From NCBI GenBank assembly GCA_045862955.1, contig BTVI01000006.1:1-64000 (forward strand): a DNA stretch of 64,000 nt. Reading direction: 5' to 3'. The notes beneath the pieces were generated by a model that saw nothing but the letters and a program-made list of their open reading frames with translations, did not search any database and was not told where the DNA came from. Positions within the stretch are counted from its first letter, which is position 1; each line of letters opens with the position of its first letter. This document shows positions 59,095-64,000 of the stretch, piece after piece. The position numbers were made by a program, and so were the translations under genes. The DNA is from Fimbriimonadales bacterium (lineage in GTDB: Bacteria > Armatimonadota > Fimbriimonadia > Fimbriimonadales > JABRVX01).

Positions 59095-61833
59095 ATGCTC
59101 CGCAAGGCCTCAATCGTACTCGTGCTGTTGGTGGTAGGAAGTAGCATCACGGCGCCGGAGCAGCAACGGTCGAAGGAGACTGTTTCAACGGATCGGCTCG
59201 TGGCCCATGCTCGCACGCTGATCGCGCACGAGTCGGGCGAACCTGCGCCCTATCTGCTGCAGGCGCTCCAGACCCGCTCGGCACGAGGTGACCTCGAGGG
59301 TGTGGACGAGGTGCTTCGCTTGCTCGCCGACCACGCACGTGACGCGGGCGATGCCTGCCAGTGGGGCGAGCGGATTGTCCAGCTGGACCGGCAACGGGGG
59401 GTGGCAGACATCGTCCTGGCTCGCGACTTATTGGACCTCGCCAGGCAGTATCGATACGCTGGCAGACGGGCGGATGCTGCAGAGTGTCTCGACAATGCCG
59501 AGCGGATAGCTCGCAGTCGAGGAGACCTCGGCCTCTCGGCCGGCATTCTCGCGCAGCGCGCAAACATAGCTGGCGACGAAGGCAGGTTCATGGACGCCGG
59601 CATCCTGCTCGAGGCCGCCCTAGAACTCTTCGAGCAGGCAGGAACGCCGACACGCGAGCATGCCGAAGTCCTGGCCGAGCTTGGGCAGTTGCAGGCGGAC
59701 TCGGGACAGCTGCTCGAGGCATGGCAATCGTTCAGTCGCGCCGAGCAGATAAGTTCTCAGTGCTTGCCCGCCTGCAAGCAGTTCTGGCAGTGGAAGAAGG
59801 TCAATGACGCCGCCCTGTTAGCAAGCGTGGGCAGGGCGCAGATCCTTGCTGCCTTTGGACGGTTCGAGGACGCCATCCAAGAGGCCAAGTACGCTCGGGT
59901 CCTCGCACTTCGGTCGAGCCTGGGTGATCGAAGGTACATGATCTCGGCGGAGATGGCTGAGTGGGCGGCAAGAATCGGGAGGCCCGACCTGGCAGAGAGG
60001 TGGTACGAACTGGCGCTGCGCGTCGGCGATCCCCACGCCAAGAATCGCGTTCGCTTAGCATACGCAGGCTACCTCATAGAAACCGGTAGGGAGTCCGAAG
60101 CCCGCTTGCTGCTAGGTGAAATCCCATCTGACACCACGCCAAAGCAGCGTGTCGAGAGCTTGCTGCTCATGGGTCGAGCGGATCTCCTGCGAGGCGAAAG
60201 TCGGGCTGCAGCTGACCGGTTTCGAAACGCGGCGCGCCTTGCACGACAATTGGCGCCCGTACCAGCACTTCTGTGGCAAGCGCATTCGGGGCTCGGTGAG
60301 GCGCTCCTAAGTGATGGTAGGACCAACGAGGGCATACTAGAACTACAGGCCGCAGTGCAGGTGGTGCGCGACTGGGCAGGGGGTGTTCTCGATCCGGCGC
60401 TCGCTTACCAGGATGGACCGAAGTCCCCCTGGCACGCCTATGGTCTGTTGATAGCTACCCACGTGCGGCAGAATCGCACTCTGCAAGCCCTCGGCCTGTC
60501 CGAGGAGATGAAGGCAATCGCAACGATTGCTGACCGCGCCGAGGAGGGTGTGCAAGAGCCGGTAGCCGAGCATCTCAGTGGCCGGGTGTCTGACATCCGA
60601 ATTGCCATTGCCAGCGCAAGACGTGCGCTGCACGAGAACACGCTGCGGGACCCAATTGCCCGTTCTCGTGCCACCGCTGAGCTGCAGCTCTTGGACAACG
60701 AACTCCTCCGCCTGATTGCGCAGCATAACCGTCCACTCCCGAGCAGTGATAGGTCCGAGGCGCTAGTTAGTGCGGCGCGAAAGATCGCGCAGGACCGAGC
60801 CTGTGCGTTCGTAAGTTTCTCCTTGAGCGCGAACCACGGGATCGCCTTCGTGATCACTGGGCACGGCCTCGAGACGAAGCAACTGAACCTATCGCAAGAC
60901 CAGCTCCGCTCACTCGTGGGCCTCATGCGTATCTACCGAGAGTCACCGGACCACGCATGGAAATCCGATGCGGCTCCTCGTCTTCTTCGCGATCTGCGTA
61001 CCGCCCTGATCGGGCCCATCGAGCCCGAACTGCGAGGTGTCAAGAGGCTAGTCATCATCCCCGACGGCGTGCTTTGGACGCTGCCGTTCGAGATGCTCTG
61101 GCAGCGGGATGGCAATCGAGTGCAGTACCTCATCGAGGAGTACGCCATCTCCTACGCTCCCTCGGTCCGAGCGGCTGTAGAGTGGGCCTCGCGCGCTAGA
61201 ATGGCGCGCCGGGCAGCGCCGCGCGATGTCCGCGTGGTCGCGAACGGAGTAGCTAGCAACGAGTCGAGCCGCGAACTCAGTCCTCGCCGAGTGTCTGTCG
61301 CGGCGAACGATGCGGAGATCGTGCGTCGGGCACTGGGAAGCCGTGTGAGCGTATTCGAAGGCAGTGCAGCAACCAAGTCCGCCTTGATGAGAGCACTCGG
61401 AGAGGCGGACGTGTTACATGTAGCAGCTCACGCGACCTATGCGGAGGACTATCCGCCTGCCTCCTACATCTCGCTTGCGCAAGAGCTCGGAGCTTCGTCC
61501 TCGGGCCTTCTTCGAGGGTGGGAGATCTCCGAAGCGAGGTGTCGTGCGGGCTTGGTGTTTCTGGCAGCATGCGACACGGGTAGGACGTCCTCGCTCCGTG
61601 GACGCGGCTTGCTGGGTCTGACCGGTGCCGTAATGGCGGCGGGCGCCAACGCTTGCATCGGGTCGCGGTGGGCAGATCGCGATGCCGCGACGGAATCGTA
61701 TATAGCCCAATTCTATCAGCGCTACGCAAAGAGCCGGGATGCTTCGGACGCGGCGCAGAAGGCAGCCTGCAACCTCATCGCGGCGGGGGCGCCACCGTAC
61801 GACTGGGCGGCATTCATGGTGCTGGGATGGTGA
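59095..61833 (+). CDS. TPR-CHAT (caspase-like) protease with signal peptide
   Basis: LVIIPDGVLWTLPFEML, catalytic His VLHVAAHA, catalytic Cys FLAACDTG, PYDWAAFMVLG. Confidence 0.9.
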   Translation: MLRKASIVLVLLVVGSSITAPEQQRSKETVSTDRLVAHARTLIAHESGEPAPYLLQALQTRSARGDLEGVDEVLRLLADHARDAGDACQWGERIVQLDRQRGVADIVLARDLLDLARQYRYAGRRADAAECLDNAERIARSRGDLGLSAGILAQRANIAGDEGRFMDAGILLEAALELFEQAGTPTREHAEVLAELGQLQADSGQLLEAWQSFSRAEQISSQCLPACKQFWQWKKVNDAALLASVGRAQILAAFGRFEDAIQEAKYARVLALRSSLGDRRYMISAEMAEWAARIGRPDLAERWYELALRVGDPHAKNRVRLAYAGYLIETGRESEARLLLGEIPSDTTPKQRVESLLLMGRADLLRGESRAAADRFRNAARLARQLAPVPALLWQAHSGLGEALLSDGRTNEGILELQAAVQVVRDWAGGVLDPALAYQDGPKSPWHAYGLLIATHVRQNRTLQALGLSEEMKAIATIADRAEEGVQEPVAEHLSGRVSDIRIAIASARRALHENTLRDPIARSRATAELQLLDNELLRLIAQHNRPLPSSDRSEALVSAARKIAQDRACAFVSFSLSANHGIAFVITGHGLETKQLNLSQDQLRSLVGLMRIYRESPDHAWKSDAAPRLLRDLRTALIGPIEPELRGVKRLVIIPDGVLWTLPFEMLWQRDGNRVQYLIEEYAISYAPSVRAAVEWASRARMARRAAPRDVRVVANGVASNESSRELSPRRVSVAANDAEIVRRALGSRVSVFEGSAATKSALMRALGEADVLHVAAHATYAEDYPPASYISLAQELGASSSGLLRGWEISEARCRAGLVFLAACDTGRTSSLRGRGLLGLTGAVMAAGANACIGSRWADRDAATESYIAQFYQRYAKSRDASDAAQKAACNLIAAGAPPYDWAAFMVLGW

Positions 61834-62990
61834 GCCGCACTGGTCCACTGCTACGATGCCTACTACTGGGGTGCCTGTTAGGATTGTTAGGTATCGTGGT
61901 CCTGGCGTGGCTCGAGCGCTCACGAGTAGCTGCCCCCAGGGAACGCATTGCCGAGATGGGTGGGAACACGCACTCCCCCCCGGTTCCTCCCCTACGATTC
62001 GCTACCAGGCATCACACCTTTGTCGAGGTCTTGGCTGGTGAGGACGTGCGTCCCTGCGGTCTGGTGCCTATTATTGGTCAGGCGTCCGCGATAGCACTCG
62101 ATTCCGACGGCGGCAGGCTAATCGCGACGCTAGATGACCAGCATACGATAGTAGCATTCGATACGCAGACGCTGATGCCGATAACCACCTGGTGTCTCGA
62201 CGGGAGAGGGCTTCCCTGCTCCGACCTGGTCTACTGCGCGACCCGAAAGGCGCTGCTCGCCTCCGACCCCGGCACCACCGCACTCGTGCCTCTGCCCGAC
62301 CAAGGCGGTCTAGTGAAGGCCGTGCACCTGCCCGAGGTACCCGAGCGGTGGCCTGCCGTCACGGACGCTACAGGGTCGCGAATCTTTCGGTCGGTTGTTC
62401 CGAACGGAACGTTGCAGGAAGCCGTCGAGGCCTATGAGCCGAAGAGTGCAACGCCTTCGGGTGTTGTGGCGCAAGTCGGCGGGCGGCCCGGCTGCGATGG
62501 CGACCTCCTGTACCTAGCACACCCGCGTCGGCACGAGGTGTCGCTAATCGCACTGCGGACCGGACGTGTGCTCGCCCGCCGCAGCTTCAGCCAGGGCGAG
62601 CGGCCGTGGCACGAGTTCCCTGCTAACGTGCTTGCCGACCCCGTCGCTGAACGCGTCTACCTGCCGATGCAGGATCACTCCGATGCCATCCTAGCTCTAG
62701 ACGGGAAGACATTGAAGACGGTGTGGTCGGCCGAGGTCGGGCGACGGCCCACGCGCATCGCCCTCGACTCCGTTCGCCGCAGGCTGTACGTGACGCACCT
62801 CTTCGACTACCGTCTGTTCGTGCTGGACGCCGATACGGGCAGGGTCGTGTCGGTGCTGGAATACGACGACCTTCCACTCACCGTCCTGCCCGACCCTCGC
62901 ACCGGCCGGGTGTTCGTCCAGTTCGCCGGGATGATCTCGGTTCTAGAGGAAGCCACGTCGGCCACAGTTAGCCAGAGCACACGCCGCTAG
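61827..62990 (+). CDS. Membrane-anchored YncE-like beta-propeller protein
   Basis: N-terminal TM; repeats such as VGRRPTRIALDSVRRRLYVT, ADPVAERVYL, PDPRTGRVFV. Confidence 0.7.
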   Translation: MVSRTGPLLRCLLLGCLLGLLGIVVLAWLERSRVAAPRERIAEMGGNTHSPPVPPLRFATRHHTFVEVLAGEDVRPCGLVPIIGQASAIALDSDGGRLIATLDDQHTIVAFDTQTLMPITTWCLDGRGLPCSDLVYCATRKALLASDPGTTALVPLPDQGGLVKAVHLPEVPERWPAVTDATGSRIFRSVVPNGTLQEAVEAYEPKSATPSGVVAQVGGRPGCDGDLLYLAHPRRHEVSLIALRTGRVLARRSFSQGERPWHEFPANVLADPVAERVYLPMQDHSDAILALDGKTLKTVWSAEVGRRPTRIALDSVRRRLYVTHLFDYRLFVLDADTGRVVSVLEYDDLPLTVLPDPRTGRVFVQFAGMISVLEEATSATVSQSTRR

Positions 62991-63122
62991 GGGACGCCAG
63001 TGCCGTATCGCGGCATCAGAGTATCATTTGCTTTTGCAGCGGCGGCAATGGTCTAGAAAGGCGCCACTCGGGATCGCTGCAGGCTTTGCGGGCAGGTGGA
63101 ACGACAGGGAGAGCGGAGGGAC

Positions 63123-64000
63123 ATGGAAGAGAGCATCCGAGGGACGAGGGGAGAAGCAGGAACCGACTTCATCCGGGAGGCCATTCGGCAGGACCTGAAG
63201 GAAGGGCGGTTCGACCGCGTGCATACGCGCTTCCCGCCCGAGCCCAACGCATACCTACACATAGGCCATGCCAAGGCCGTCTGGATTGACTATGGCATCG
63301 CGCTGGAGTTCGGCGGCCTGTTCAACCTGCGGTTCGACGACACGAACCCGGTGAAGGAAGAACAGGAGTTCGTGGACGCCATCATCGAGGACGTCCGCTG
63401 GCTGGGCGCGGACTGGGGCGACAGGCTCTTCTTCGCCTCGGACTACTTCGATCAAATGTATGTTTGGGCCTTAGACTTGATCAAAATGGGCAAGGCGTAC
63501 GTATGCGACCTTTCGCCCGAGGAGGTGAGCGCGACCCGCGGCACACTCACGACACCCGGCACGGAGAGCCCCTACCGCAACCGGAGCGTGGAGGAGAACC
63601 TGGACCTCTTCCAGCGCATGAAGGCCGGCGAGTTCCCGAACGGTGCAAGAACCCTGCGCGCTAAGATTGACATGGCCCACCCTAACCTGCTGATGCGAGA
63701 CCCGGTGATGTACCGCATCCTGCACGCGGAGCACCATCGGCAGGGCAACAAGTGGTGTATCTATCCGATGTACGACTGGGCGCACGGGTTGGAGGACTCG
63801 ATCGAGGGCATCACGCACTCCCTCTGCTCGCTGGAGTATGAGATTCACCGCCCTCTGTACGACTGGTTCCTGGACCAGCTCGGCATCTATCACCCGCGGC
63901 AGATAGAGTTCGCGCGCTTGAACCTCAGCTACACGGTGATGAGCAAGCGCCGTTTCATCGAGCTGGTGAACGGCGGCTACGTGAGCGGTTATGACGACCC
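63123..64000 (+). CDS. glnS: Glutaminyl-tRNA synthetase (5' part; runs off the window)
   Basis: Translated by hand: [17 protein letters not shown] (HIGH), [35 protein letters not shown]. Confidence 0.95.
   Translation, partial: MEESIRGTRGEAGTDFIREAIRQDLKEGRFDRVHTRFPPEPNAYLHIGHAKAVWIDYGIALEFGGLFNLRFDDTNPVKEEQEFVDAIIEDVRWLGADWGDRLFFASDYFDQMYVWALDLIKMGKAYVCDLSPEEVSATRGTLTTPGTESPYRNRSVEENLDLFQRMKAGEFPNGARTLRAKIDMAHPNLLMRDPVMYRILHAEHHRQGNKWCIYPMYDWAHGLEDSIEGITHSLCSLEYEIHRPLYDWFLDQLGIYHPRQIEFARLNLSYTVMSKRRFIELVNGGYVSGYDD

Overview
GC-rich bacterial chromosome window. Armatimonadota-like origin is an inference from the PEP-CTERM protein, the H-X9-DG prepilin-like protein and a dockerin-like tail. 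Layout: dnaA-mutL-ruvC; a flagellar block (flgB-flgC-fliE-fliF-fliG-fliH-fliI-fliJ on +) facing slt-capA-flhA-flhF-STN (on -); a DUF559-like nuclease gene embedded in arrays of a 40-bp REP-like palindrome (14 full copies counted); DUF4139, a 5'-truncated nth, a TPR array, PP2C and a TerY-like vWA gene; CIRCE-controlled groES without adjacent groEL; tRNA-Lys(CTT) followed by a decayed serine-recombinase island carrying an intact four-gene restriction-like defence operon (DUF499, small protein, DUF1156 methylase, PLD-SNF2); a LacI-associated carbohydrate locus with a pilin-like gene, ABC transporter, glycosidases and PEP-CTERM protein; an ECF-like sigma / double zinc-finger anti-sigma / TPR-CHAT protease module; and the 5' part of glnS. 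Best leads: (1) the DUF559 gene bracketed by inverted palindrome arrays, arranged like REP/RAYT; (2) a 200-bp inverted repeat pair around the 5.8-kb flhA-flhF block, whose inversion would join it to the flgB-fliJ operon; (3) a TPR array that continues past in-frame stops and fuses into nth; (4) the pilin-containing sugar locus with a shared candidate operator. All family assignments come from reading motifs by eye; no searches were run.
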